64,000 nucleotides of DNA, from contig OY769902.1 of assembly GCA_963669175.1 (NCBI GenBank), forward strand, positions 1,472,001-1,536,000. The letters run 5' to 3'. Shown one piece after another: positions 49,230-59,333 of the stretch (the stretch's first letter is position 1; every line of letters begins with the position of its first letter). Under the pieces are notes generated by a model, which did not search any database, was not told the origin of the DNA, and saw only the letters and a list, made by a program, of their open reading frames with translations. The translations under genes and the position numbers were made by a program. The DNA comes from a bacterium (GTDB lineage: Bacteria; Electryoneota; Electryoneia; Electryoneales; Electryoneaceae).

Positions 49230-51476
49230 TTACTTCAGCAGGAGGATTTTCCTGATATCCATCCCCTGCGGGCTTTTGGCCTGCACAAAATACGTCCCGG
49301 AAGCCAGCGCTGTCCCATCCAGGGTGAAGCAGTGCATGCCTGCCGCGAGATTCGCGTGAGCTAGCTGCTGTACTTCTCGTCCCAGCACGTCATACACCGT
49401 AACCGTAAGCAATCCAGTTTGTGGCAAGGCGATGCGGATTTCTGTGGACGGGTTGAACGGATTCGGGTAAACGCTTTCAATATGAAAAGCATCGGGTAGA
49501 GAAGTGCCGGGATCGGGATGATCGACAGACGTATAATCAAAACAATACGCGCCGATATCGGTACGTGAGCCATCAGGATCAGCGGGTGACAATGGATCGC
49601 CTGCATCGATCAGGGGACTGCCGGGTTGCAGGTGGAAATTGAAGGAGGCTGGATCGATAAATTCCGGGTCTGTGTACTCGAGTACATAATGGCCATAGGT
49701 AATATCGCCCTGCATGGCCGGAACAGCATCGGTCAGGTAAGCACAATGATCCATTTCTACCGGGTACATGGACGACAGCAGCGTGGTAGTTCCGGTGAAG
49801 CAGGTGTTGTTTATCACCAATCCATCACCGGATTGGAAGTTCTGCAGACGTTCGAAACCGTCGAACGCGAAGGTGCAGTGATCAATCGAGTTAAAATAGC
49901 TATATAACCAGCCGGTCACCTCGCTGTACTCGAGATTACGGTAACGGTCTTCCTCGGGCGAATCTGTATGCGTATAGAGCTGGTTGACACGGAAGACGGA
50001 GCTGTCGATGTCGATCGAGGCGCTTGTGTCATTGAGGAGCGACACGGGTTGGATCAGGGTAAGCTGTTCGGCGAGCACATTGATTCCAGTAATCTTGCCC
50101 GGGATTTTCAGGGCGACATTATCGCCGGAAACCTGGAGGTTGCGCCATTCGTCTGCGCCATGCAAATTCTCAAAATCACCATCGAAAGGAATGATGGAAT
50201 CGCCAGTTGTCTGGATATTGATATGAACCGGATTCTCTGCTGTGCCGTTGATCTTGACCGCTGCACTAAAAAGCTCGAGAGGTGGATCGCTGGCGCCATC
50301 CTCGATGATCAGGGTGGTGCCCGGCCCCAGTTCCAAATCACCGAATATCATCAGTGAATCACCGTTACTGATCGTTACCGTGGTGTCGTGCCAAACTCCC
50401 TTCTGGACCAGATCATCCCGGTGTTGCCATTCGATTTCCGGGGAACCGGTCGGCCAGGCATGTGCCAGGCGGGTATCATAAACATATTCACGTGTGTATC
50501 CGGTGCCGCCGCAGGTAGAACGATGCAGGTAGCCCATACGGTAAAAGGCTGCCGACCCACGGAGGTAGATGTCGCCACGTTCATCTGTTTCACCGGAATG
50601 CACACCCGCCGGATCACACCAGTAATAATCATCGTCCGGGTCATTCTGGTCTTCGAAGGAGATTTCTTCGTTCAGGGCCAGCAGGGACGCCATGATAATG
50701 ATATGAGCATTATCGTGATTACCGGCGTTGTGGTATAACCCATTGCCCCTGCCGTTGGGACAGGTATTGCCGATCAGGATATTCGCTTCCGAAGCGAGGC
50801 CCAGCATATGGGGATTGTCTTCCGGGATAAGATCGGTGAAATCGTCTACGGTGAACGGGGTCAACAGCAGGTTATCGACAAGACGCATATTGCCTGATGC
50901 GCCTATCGTTGTACTTCCCTGGATACCATCGCCGAAAATGTCAAGATGACCATCGAAAAACAGGACACTTTCACCGAACGCAACCGTTCCTTCAGACGTC
51001 ACCTGCGTACTGTCCCAAGGCTGATCCGCCGGCCAGGCCCACCATTGCCAGCCGTCCTCGGAGGTTGTACAACGGAATTGCAGGGAGTTGTCTGGATTGT
51101 CAAAGAAGTTTCCCTGCGTGGTGGCCAGTTCACGAAGGCTGTGAAGAGTGTCCGGGAATAGTACCTGGGGAAAACGAAACTGTGGCTCTGTCGGATACCA
51201 GGGCGAAGCGCCGCCGCCAAGGTTGAACTCATTGGCTGAACTGAAGATTAGTCCGTAAAACTGCGGTGAATAACGAATACCGATTTGGGTGTTGCAATGG
51301 ATAGCACCGTAAATCGTATCCGGTGTCCAGAACCAGATTACCTCATTAAAAGTGCTTTCCTGGGTGTGGTAAATATACATGTAGTCGCTGAACCTGGTGA
51401 ACAGGGCAGCCTGGGAAGCGGGAAGCACGCCAAGGAGAAGCAGAATCAGGCTCAGTGTCACGTATGTGCGCTTCAT
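49230..51476 (-). CDS. Paralog 4
   Basis: Start MKRTYV after GGGAGG; IWFWTPD, WCDP..DERG, YPNPFNP..KILLLK. Confidence 0.85.
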   Translation of the reverse strand: MKRTYVTLSLILLLLGVLPASQAALFTRFSDYMYIYHTQESTFNEVIWFWTPDTIYGAIHCNTQIGIRYSPQFYGLIFSSANEFNLGGGASPWYPTEPQFRFPQVLFPDTLHSLRELATTQGNFFDNPDNSLQFRCTTSEDGWQWWAWPADQPWDSTQVTSEGTVAFGESVLFFDGHLDIFGDGIQGSTTIGASGNMRLVDNLLLTPFTVDDFTDLIPEDNPHMLGLASEANILIGNTCPNGRGNGLYHNAGNHDNAHIIIMASLLALNEEISFEDQNDPDDDYYWCDPAGVHSGETDERGDIYLRGSAAFYRMGYLHRSTCGGTGYTREYVYDTRLAHAWPTGSPEIEWQHRDDLVQKGVWHDTTVTISNGDSLMIFGDLELGPGTTLIIEDGASDPPLELFSAAVKINGTAENPVHINIQTTGDSIIPFDGDFENLHGADEWRNLQVSGDNVALKIPGKITGINVLAEQLTLIQPVSLLNDTSASIDIDSSVFRVNQLYTHTDSPEEDRYRNLEYSEVTGWLYSYFNSIDHCTFAFDGFERLQNFQSGDGLVINNTCFTGTTTLLSSMYPVEMDHCAYLTDAVPAMQGDITYGHYVLEYTDPEFIDPASFNFHLQPGSPLIDAGDPLSPADPDGSRTDIGAYCFDYTSVDHPDPGTSLPDAFHIESVYPNPFNPSTEIRIALPQTGLLTVTVYDVLGREVQQLAHANLAAGMHCFTLDGTALASGTYFVQAKSPQGMDIRKILLLK

Positions 51477-51517
51477 TCTTCCTCCCAGGGGTAGATCGTA
51501 TCCACTGAAAACTACTC

Positions 51518-51752
51518 GTCTCACGCAAAGGCGCAAAGGCGCAAAGAAAAGATAAAAGAAAAGACAAAGAACTGATTTAAATGATAAATAAATTATTATA
51601 ATACTATTTAATAATGCCAATAAGAATATATAGCTAAGTATTAATCGCGACAATTATAATAATATATTATTTATATTTTTAATTAAGAATAGGTTAGTTT
51701 ATGTTTTGCCTTAAAATGTTTTTAATCTTTTCTTTGCGTCTTTGCGTGAAAC
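51518..51752. repeat. IR-bounded AT-rich element C (reverse-complement homolog of A)
   Basis: ATGCCAATAAGAAT, ATAATAATATATTATTT, CTTAAAATGTTTTTAATC align to the reverse complement of A. Confidence 0.9.
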
Positions 51753-51765
51753 GATCAGTTAAGGT

Positions 51766-53997
51766 CTACTTCAGCAGGAGGATTTTACTCACATCCTGTC
51801 CCTGCCGTCCGGCCACACGCACAAAGTAAGTCCCGGATGCCAGAGCTGCTCCGTTAAACGTCAGCGAGTGAGTTCCGGCCTGCACTAATCCGTCCTGAAG
51901 CAGCGCCACACGCCGTCCCAGGATATCCAGCACTTCAACCGTGATCCTGTCCGCTTGCGGAAGTGCAATGTTTACCTGCGTCACCGGGTTGAAGGGGTTC
52001 GGGAAGACAGACGCGATACCGAAGCTTTCGGGAATCGTTTTCTGCGGATAGACAGGATCATTTATCCCAAGCTGATCAAAATAGTACGCCCCGATATCGG
52101 CGACCGTTGAATCCGGGTCAAATTCCCACGAAGGATCGCCGGCATCAATCAGCGGGCTTCCGGCGCTCAGGTGGAAGTAGCTGTCCGCGAATAACGGATC
52201 CACTTCACCCAGCATGTCATCGCCGACGCTGATGGCTTGTGAAAATGGTGTATCGCCTTCAAAGCCATACCATGCAGAAAAATCAATGAAAGCGGAGAGG
52301 CCATTTACCAGCCACTCCGGGGAGCCGTCAAAGAAGGTATTCACGATATACGCGCTAGTAACCTGGTTCGAAAGCGCGACATGGGCATCACTGCTGAAAG
52401 TGATACGATCCAGCTCGGAGAACCGGCTGATCGTGGTGCCATGCATCTCGGAACGTTTTAACACGACAAACTGGTCATCCTCGTTTTCAAGTTCAAACTG
52501 GTCGCCGAGGAACACAACCTTTTCCAGCACCATCGGGTTTGCAGGGCTGGTTTCCAGGTCTTCATGCGGAACGACTGTCATATTTCCAACTTCGAAACGG
52601 GCGTTGTACAGGTTCTGCGGGATCACGCTCCGAACATTGTATCCCTTGATGACAAAGTCATTCCAGGTGGTATCAGCAAGGATTGCCTGATCGCCGGTCC
52701 TCTCATCCCAGCCAACCAGGTTTGCAGTTTCATCTTCCCCGCCTTCGATCATGATCACAACGGGATTGTCCGGGGTGCCATCGATACGGAACTGCGCCCC
52801 GGCATAGAAGAAGAAAACACCTTCCGGGTCAGGATCGACAACATGGATTTCCGTACCCGGTCCAAGTGTCAGGTTGTTCCTGCGGAAATTGAAACGTGAT
52901 TGTACCGTAACCATGGTATCGGCCCAGACCTGGTCACCGTAACGGAAATCATCCGGGTACATGTGAGGCGGCGGGTTGTTCCTGAAACGATCATCATAAT
53001 AATACTGCTTGGCATACCCGGTGCCGCCACAGTTGGAACGGTGCATGTAGCCTCGCCGTTGCTGGACGATCGAACCAATTACACGGAAAACACCACGTTC
53101 ATCGGTTTCGCCAACATGATCACCCTGCGGATCGCACCAGAAATAATCATCCCAGGTATCATTCTGGTGCTCAAAGGTGATGCTTTCATCCAGTGCGACC
53201 AGCGCCGCGGTCACTACCAGGCTGGAACTGTCCGGCATCCAGCCGTGGTACACATATCCATTGCCTTGCCCATTGGCAGGGGTATCCGCGATATAGATGT
53301 TACGCAGGCCGATGATACCGACACGGGAGGAAACGGTATCGCTGAGCGTTTCCGGCCAGGAGTCGGGATCGACCCCTTCGTAAACAAGATTGTCAATCAA
53401 GTACACATCTCCGGCAACCCCGATCCCGGTGCCACCCAGGACATGATCCCCTTCGATCATCAGGTCGCCGTTGAAGTAAAGCGCCCGGTCGGCATCATAG
53501 GGGAAGGTTCCCTCTTCGGTGATCGGGCCATCACCATAAGGCACGCCGGCCTCCCAGCTCCGTACTAGCCATCCGAGTGAGGTTGCCCGGCAGATGTACT
53601 GCAGTGAATCAACAACACCTGAAAAATACGTTCCCTGTTCAGTAGCGGCCTCTTCCAGCCAGGTAATGGTTGAAGGGAGGATGACTTCTGGGGCGTTAAA
53701 AATTGGATCGTAAGGAGATATAAAATAAGCTCCTCCGCCATGAATAAAATCCTCTTCAGTTGTGCTTACATATCCAAAGCAAACCGGGTACATTTTTACG
53801 CCAATACCATCGTTCGAATGGATGTCGCCGTAGAGACTATCCGGCGTCCAGAACCAGATGATCTCGTTGAACTCGGTAACCTCGATATCACTCATGTAAA
53901 CATAATCGAGAAAAGCGGACAGTTGGGCAAACGAGCGAACAGGAAGAGACAGTAACCCAATGGCCACTGCCAGGATAGCAATTCGCAGAGCTTTCAT
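51766..53997 (-). CDS. Paralog 5
   Basis: Same architecture; IIWFWTPDSLYGDIHSN. Confidence 0.85.
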   Translation of the reverse strand: MKALRIAILAVAIGLLSLPVRSFAQLSAFLDYVYMSDIEVTEFNEIIWFWTPDSLYGDIHSNDGIGVKMYPVCFGYVSTTEEDFIHGGGAYFISPYDPIFNAPEVILPSTITWLEEAATEQGTYFSGVVDSLQYICRATSLGWLVRSWEAGVPYGDGPITEEGTFPYDADRALYFNGDLMIEGDHVLGGTGIGVAGDVYLIDNLVYEGVDPDSWPETLSDTVSSRVGIIGLRNIYIADTPANGQGNGYVYHGWMPDSSSLVVTAALVALDESITFEHQNDTWDDYFWCDPQGDHVGETDERGVFRVIGSIVQQRRGYMHRSNCGGTGYAKQYYYDDRFRNNPPPHMYPDDFRYGDQVWADTMVTVQSRFNFRRNNLTLGPGTEIHVVDPDPEGVFFFYAGAQFRIDGTPDNPVVIMIEGGEDETANLVGWDERTGDQAILADTTWNDFVIKGYNVRSVIPQNLYNARFEVGNMTVVPHEDLETSPANPMVLEKVVFLGDQFELENEDDQFVVLKRSEMHGTTISRFSELDRITFSSDAHVALSNQVTSAYIVNTFFDGSPEWLVNGLSAFIDFSAWYGFEGDTPFSQAISVGDDMLGEVDPLFADSYFHLSAGSPLIDAGDPSWEFDPDSTVADIGAYYFDQLGINDPVYPQKTIPESFGIASVFPNPFNPVTQVNIALPQADRITVEVLDILGRRVALLQDGLVQAGTHSLTFNGAALASGTYFVRVAGRQGQDVSKILLLK

Positions 53998-54146
53998 GGT
54001 CACCCCCCCTAAGGGCTCATCCAGCAGTTCACGCGGGGATGCGTTCCGGCTGCAACTTCTTTTATGGTGGCCAGATAATCTTTAACTAAAATATGTGCGG
54101 TCTCTTTCGAGATGCAAGCGCCTCGGAAACATTGGAAAAAAAACTC

Positions 54147-54387
54147 GTCTCACGCAAAGACGCAAAGGCGCAAAGGCGCAAAGGCGCAAAGGCGCAAAGG
54201 CGCAAAGGCGCAAAGACACAAAGAAAAGATTAAAAACATATTTTAAGGTGAAAGAATAAACAATTTTATGTATATAAACAGAATGTAAGTACTTTTAATA
54301 TTACAATACTTACAATTAAAGTATAACTACTAAATCTCATGAGCGTTTATAAAATTGTTAGAAATAAATAATATAGTAGTTAAATTA
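54147..54387. repeat. Element D: expanded left repeat (9 x 8 bp), orientation 1 interior, right IR missing
   Basis: (RCGCAAAG)8-ACACAAAG at 54152-54223 then AAAAGATTAAAAACATATTTTAAG; no CTTTGCG arm. Confidence 0.85.
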
Positions 54388-56634
54388 TTACTTCAGCAGG
54401 AGGATTTTACTGACATCTGTCGCTTGATGCCCGGAGAGGCGCACGAAGTATGTCCCGGAGGCCAGCTCAGCCCCATTAAACGTCAGCGAGTGGGTTCCGG
54501 CCTGCATCAAACCGTCCTGAAGCAACGCCACACGCCGTCCCAGGATATCCAGCACTTCCACCATGACATGATCCGCTTGCGGAAGTGAAATATCCACCTG
54601 CGTCACCGGGTTAAAGGGGTTCGGGAAGACAGACGCGATACCGAAGGATGATGGGATAGCCTGCTGCGGTGCATCGTGATCATCCACCGCCAACTGGTCG
54701 AAGTAGTACGCCCCGATATCGGCGATGGAACCGTCCGGGTCACGCGCACTTCCCGGATCACCGGCATCGATCAGGGGACTGTTTCCGTGCAGATGGTAAT
54801 CGCCGTTCTCGGGATCGACGAATCGTGGCTCAACATCCTCCAGCATATGCTCGCCGACCGCAATCTGCTGCCAGAAAGGATTATGCCCGCTGAATCCATG
54901 ATAACCGGAATAGTCTATGCTTCCACTCGACTGAGAGATCAGCGCTTCTTCATAACCCTGGAAGAAGGTATTTAGCACGGTCAGGTCTGGATTGAGATTC
55001 TGGATCGCGAAATCGGATGTGCCGATAAAGGTGGCCCGTTCGATACGCTGGCAGGAATTTCGCAGGGTGCCATGTATCTCGGCGTTTTTCAATTCAAGGT
55101 TATGGCCGCCGGGATTGAAAACCTCCAGGATAGTGCCAGTGAACATAAAACCATTGATCAGCATGGGATTCAGAGTGTCGATTTCGAGGGCTTCGTGTGG
55201 CTGCATGGTCACACGCGGAGCATTGATCTGAACATCTTGCAAGGTGTGCGGTATTTTCAGATTAATCCAGGTATTTCCGCTACTTTCGATGACCAGTCCG
55301 GACCATGTTGAATCGCTGATAACCCCGTGACCGTCAGTGCCCAGACTTTCCTCATACAAGGTGAATTCCGGCAGGGATTCCTCGTCCAGAAAGATACGAA
55401 CCGGGTTGTCCGAAGTACCGTTGATAAACAGCTTCATGCTGTCTGAAAGGGCACAGAGACTTCTCAAATCTCCCGAAACATGGATTTCGGTGCCGGGGCC
55501 TAAAATAAGGGTATTCCTGAAATACAACTGGTTGGACAGGAACAGGGTCGTATCGGTTAATGTGTGCTCTCGTCCCCAGAATGTGTTGGGGTACATGTGC
55601 GGCGGAGGGTTGGTAAGAAACCGCGCATCGTACTGGTATCTCGTGGCATAGCCCGTCCCGCCACAGGTGGAGCGATGGGTATATCCCCGCCGCATCTGGA
55701 CCAGGTTACCGATCAGGTTAATTGTCCCACGTTCGTCGCTCTGGCCGGGGTGCATTCCCTGAGGATCGCACCAGCGATAGGATTCCCAGGTGTCATTATG
55801 ATGTTCAAAGGTGAAGCTTTCCCCAAGAGCTACCAGCGCTGATGTTACGATGACATGTGAACTGTCGAAGTTGCCCCCGGATCGGTACAGCCCATTCCCG
55901 CGACCATTGGCCCAGGTATCGGCAATCCGGATGTCCCCGGCCGCGATGATGCCAAGGCGTGAAGTGATGGTATCGGAAAGGTTGTTTTGAAATCCGTTTG
56001 TGGGAACACCATCATACACAAGATTGTCGGTGATAAAGACATCCCTGTAAGTGTGGATTCCCGTTCCGCCGAGGATATGTTCCCCTTCGATGTAAAGATC
56101 GCCTTCAAAACTCAGCGCCACGTTTGGCGAGTAAGGAACCCAGTCCTCCAGCTCCATATTTGCGCTGTCAGGGGGCGTACCCAGCGGGTAACCTGTGATA
56201 TGCCAGCCATCCATGGTGGCTTTGCATTGGTATTGACGCAGCAGGCCGTCATCAGCGCTGTAATGGTGCCCTTGTGCCTGCGCTGCTATAATCATCCAGT
56301 CATGGATAGTCGGGAAATAGACTTCCGGTGCATTAAACTGGGGGGGGTAGGCAAACCAGGGCGAATACCCGGCGCCATGAACGAAATCGTCTTCTGTCGT
56401 GCTGACGTGACCGTGGAATTGAGGGGCGTACTTTATCCCAATGGCACTGTTGGAATGCACATTACCATAAACTGTATCCGGTGTCCAGAACCAGATAATA
56501 TACCCGAACATTGTATGTTCGTCATTCGTCAGGTACATGTAGTCCAGGTAATTGGACAGTTGTGCGGATGCTGCTGGTGGCAGTAGAGAGAGTATGCCCA
56601 GAAAAGCAGTGGTGATTACTAACGATTTCTTCAT
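54388..56634 (-). CDS. Paralog 6
   Basis: Same architecture; IIWFWTPDTVYGNVHSN; C-terminus close to paralog 5. Confidence 0.85.
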   Translation of the reverse strand: MKKSLVITTAFLGILSLLPPAASAQLSNYLDYMYLTNDEHTMFGYIIWFWTPDTVYGNVHSNSAIGIKYAPQFHGHVSTTEDDFVHGAGYSPWFAYPPQFNAPEVYFPTIHDWMIIAAQAQGHHYSADDGLLRQYQCKATMDGWHITGYPLGTPPDSANMELEDWVPYSPNVALSFEGDLYIEGEHILGGTGIHTYRDVFITDNLVYDGVPTNGFQNNLSDTITSRLGIIAAGDIRIADTWANGRGNGLYRSGGNFDSSHVIVTSALVALGESFTFEHHNDTWESYRWCDPQGMHPGQSDERGTINLIGNLVQMRRGYTHRSTCGGTGYATRYQYDARFLTNPPPHMYPNTFWGREHTLTDTTLFLSNQLYFRNTLILGPGTEIHVSGDLRSLCALSDSMKLFINGTSDNPVRIFLDEESLPEFTLYEESLGTDGHGVISDSTWSGLVIESSGNTWINLKIPHTLQDVQINAPRVTMQPHEALEIDTLNPMLINGFMFTGTILEVFNPGGHNLELKNAEIHGTLRNSCQRIERATFIGTSDFAIQNLNPDLTVLNTFFQGYEEALISQSSGSIDYSGYHGFSGHNPFWQQIAVGEHMLEDVEPRFVDPENGDYHLHGNSPLIDAGDPGSARDPDGSIADIGAYYFDQLAVDDHDAPQQAIPSSFGIASVFPNPFNPVTQVDISLPQADHVMVEVLDILGRRVALLQDGLMQAGTHSLTFNGAELASGTYFVRLSGHQATDVSKILLLK

Positions 56635-56973
56635 GTTGCCCCCTGGGCAGTGCCCGGTGTCCGTTTGCGGGGATGCGTACGGATCAAGGATTACAATAAA
56701 ATACGTTGTCTTGCATGGATTCTCAACATTTACATTAGAATCCGGTCGTTATTTATTCAGCAACCCTTCAATAAAAAAGAAGCAAGGTTCTTGTTACACA
56801 AAAGAGGGCGAAACAAATAGAAAGTCCGGATCAAGGTATTTGCCAATGTTCACTAAAGTTACCGAATCCGGTTGATGCACGATTCCTGTCAGAATTCCAG
56901 AATACTGATTGCATGAGAATCAACAGATAAGTACCTTCTTTTAGAAGATTGTTCTGGATGGGAGAGTCTGCCG

Positions 56974-57822
56974 ATGGATGAAGGTCTGGGTTTAGGCTAC
57001 AAGTTGGCGCATGGCACCGATGAGCTTCCCAGTCTCACTCCGGTTGTGAGTGAGGTACTGCGTTTGTCATCGGACTCCCGGACCTCCGCACGGCAACTGG
57101 CCAATGTGATCGGGCGCGACGTAGGCCTGTCCAGCCGTGTGTTGAGGCTTTCCAATTCGGCTTATTACGCGCACAGCCGTGAAGTTGAGAACCTCGAACA
57201 GGCAATTGTCATCCTGGGCCATAATGAGGTCCGTAACCTTGTCCTGGTTGCGGGCGCCTATGCTGCGTTCAAGAATGGATTGGACGATGAATTGTTCAAC
57301 CGCTTGTGGGAGCATATGCTTCTGACCGCATTTGCCGCAGACCGGATCAGCCAGCAAATCAGCCCGAGTGACCATCAGCTTGCCTATATCGCCGGATTGT
57401 TGCACGATGTCGGGAAAATGGTAATCGGTCTGTATTTCCCTCAGGAATACAAACGGCACCTGGATGAGCTGAGTTCAACTCCCTGCCGAATTACCTATCG
57501 TGAACGCAAAGTGTTCGGTATTGACCACCAGGATGTCGGCGGCATGTTGCTGGACCGGTGGCAATTCCCGAAAAGCCTGGTTGATGTGGCTGCGAGGCAT
57601 CATGGTACGGATATGAAGAGACCGCTGGTCAGTTCGTTAAACCGCCTGGTTGAACTGGCAGACTGGGTTGCCTATGCCGCCCAGGGAAATGAACCCCCGG
57701 ATGATCCCGTTACCAGGATTCTGGGCGCGTTGTCAGACCAGGAAATCGAATGGCGCGACTGGATCGACCAGGTGCGTGACCGGTTTGAACGTGAAGCGAT
57801 AACCTACCTAAGGCTTGGATGA
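56974..57822 (+). CDS. HDOD domain protein
   Basis: LPSL..RVLRLSNSAYY..AGLLHDVGK..DHQDVG..WQFP..HH. Confidence 0.9.
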   Translation: MDEGLGLGYKLAHGTDELPSLTPVVSEVLRLSSDSRTSARQLANVIGRDVGLSSRVLRLSNSAYYAHSREVENLEQAIVILGHNEVRNLVLVAGAYAAFKNGLDDELFNRLWEHMLLTAFAADRISQQISPSDHQLAYIAGLLHDVGKMVIGLYFPQEYKRHLDELSSTPCRITYRERKVFGIDHQDVGGMLLDRWQFPKSLVDVAARHHGTDMKRPLVSSLNRLVELADWVAYAAQGNEPPDDPVTRILGALSDQEIEWRDWIDQVRDRFEREAITYLRLG

Positions 57823-59324
57823 GCAGCCACAAACGTAAGACCATGTATCTGGATCGTTTGAAGGAGGTCCAGGATCTTGTTGCCTATTCGCCCATCCTAT
57901 TACGTATCCGGGAAGTCGCAAACAACCCGAAAGCGTCTGCCGCAGATCTCGCCAATGTGATTCTGCATGACCATGCGTTAAGTACACGAGTGCTGAAACT
58001 TGCCAACTCTACCTATTATTACCATTACCATAAAAAGATATCCACACTTACCCATGCAGTCGTGGTGCTTGGTTTTAACACGATCAAGAATCTGGCGCTT
58101 TCAGTAAGCTTCTACGAATATTTCCGCCAGAAAGGCGCCGGCGCCCGGATTGACATGAACATGTTCTGGGTTCACAGTATCACTACCGCCATGTGCGCTC
58201 ATATTCTCGCCGGAAAAACAGGGTACAGGTCACGCGAGGAAGCGTTTGTTGCCGGATTTCTCCATGATCTGGGCAAGCTGATTATCGCTACATTCACCCC
58301 GGATGACTGGGATGCCATCGAAACCAAAATCAGCCAGGGATACAATCCACTCCAAGCGGAGTTTTACCGGATCGGAACATACCATACTGTGGTAGGTGAA
58401 TTTGTCGCACGGCAATGGCACTTCCCCGATGTGCTGCTTAATTCAATGTTGAATCATCACCGACTGGGGTTCCAGGACAACACCAGAAGCAAAGAGCCCA
58501 TGGTGGATATCGTGTTTCTTGCCAATGTCATTGCCAACCAGCTTTTCCCGGTACTGGGCGCGCGTCGCTTGAATATGCGCATCCTTCGGAAACAGACCTC
58601 GCAACTTTTCGATATCAAGAGTGACGAACTGGACAGCCTGATCCAGGAAGTGCATAAAGCTGTTGAAGAAACAGCCGAAGACCTCGCCGTACCCATGGTT
58701 CATCCCAAGTTGCTCGATAGTTCCGGCAAACGTGCGGAAGAATACATCGTGGAAGTGGAAGAAGAACCGGTTGTGTCCACGGTACATGATCCGATCAGGG
58801 AAACGTATGTCCGTAAAGCACAGGAGCTCAGCTTCTCGCAGGAATTTATCCAGTCGGTAGTGCTAGCGGAAACCGAAGATGATATCCTTACCATGTTGAC
58901 TGAGGGATTGGTGCGCTGGCAGTTGTTTGATCGTGTCTTTGTCTTTCGCGTGAACCGCAGAAAGAAGGTTCTTGATGGGAAAATGGCCTATGGTGTCGAT
59001 TCCCAGGATTGGCTGAAAGAACTCTCAATCAAGCTGATTCCCGGGGAAGGATTATTCGCGGACGCCCTGCTGAATAACCGACCTGTGCTGGTGGCGGATG
59101 TGAAGCACTATCCGGACAAGGACGCTCTGGATACCCGTTTTATTCAATTCTCGGACACACGTTCCTTCGCTTGTGTACCGCTTCAATTGTGGGGAACCCC
59201 GGAAGCGCTTGTGGTGTTTGATAATGCCCGCTCAGACGCAGTGTTGACCGACGATCAGCTTAACTCGGTGAAGATGTATGCGCTTCAGGCGGCAATGGCG
59301 ATGGAAAGATTACAAAGGAGATAA
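57819..59324 (+). CDS. HDOD + GAF domain protein
   Basis: RVLKLANS, AGFLHDLGK, WHFP; C-terminal GAF (SFACVPL..FDN); ATGA overlap. Confidence 0.9.
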   Translation: MSSHKRKTMYLDRLKEVQDLVAYSPILLRIREVANNPKASAADLANVILHDHALSTRVLKLANSTYYYHYHKKISTLTHAVVVLGFNTIKNLALSVSFYEYFRQKGAGARIDMNMFWVHSITTAMCAHILAGKTGYRSREEAFVAGFLHDLGKLIIATFTPDDWDAIETKISQGYNPLQAEFYRIGTYHTVVGEFVARQWHFPDVLLNSMLNHHRLGFQDNTRSKEPMVDIVFLANVIANQLFPVLGARRLNMRILRKQTSQLFDIKSDELDSLIQEVHKAVEETAEDLAVPMVHPKLLDSSGKRAEEYIVEVEEEPVVSTVHDPIRETYVRKAQELSFSQEFIQSVVLAETEDDILTMLTEGLVRWQLFDRVFVFRVNRRKKVLDGKMAYGVDSQDWLKELSIKLIPGEGLFADALLNNRPVLVADVKHYPDKDALDTRFIQFSDTRSFACVPLQLWGTPEALVVFDNARSDAVLTDDQLNSVKMYALQAAMAMERLQRR

Positions 59325-59333
59325 GACAAGATT

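Noticed and set aside
51477-51653. 59-aa N-terminal extension of paralog 4
   Set aside because: It is read-through of AT-rich element C; the strong SD and signal peptide begin at 51476.
43811-54387. Integron attC sites between the paralogs
   Set aside because: Ends read GTTTCAC...GTGAAAC, not RYYYAAC...GTTRRRY; the elements are longer than typical attC sites; no integrase is present.
41401-56634. Diversity-generating retroelement
   Set aside because: No reverse transcriptase in the window; differences inspected between near-identical segments look mostly synonymous and not adenine-specific.
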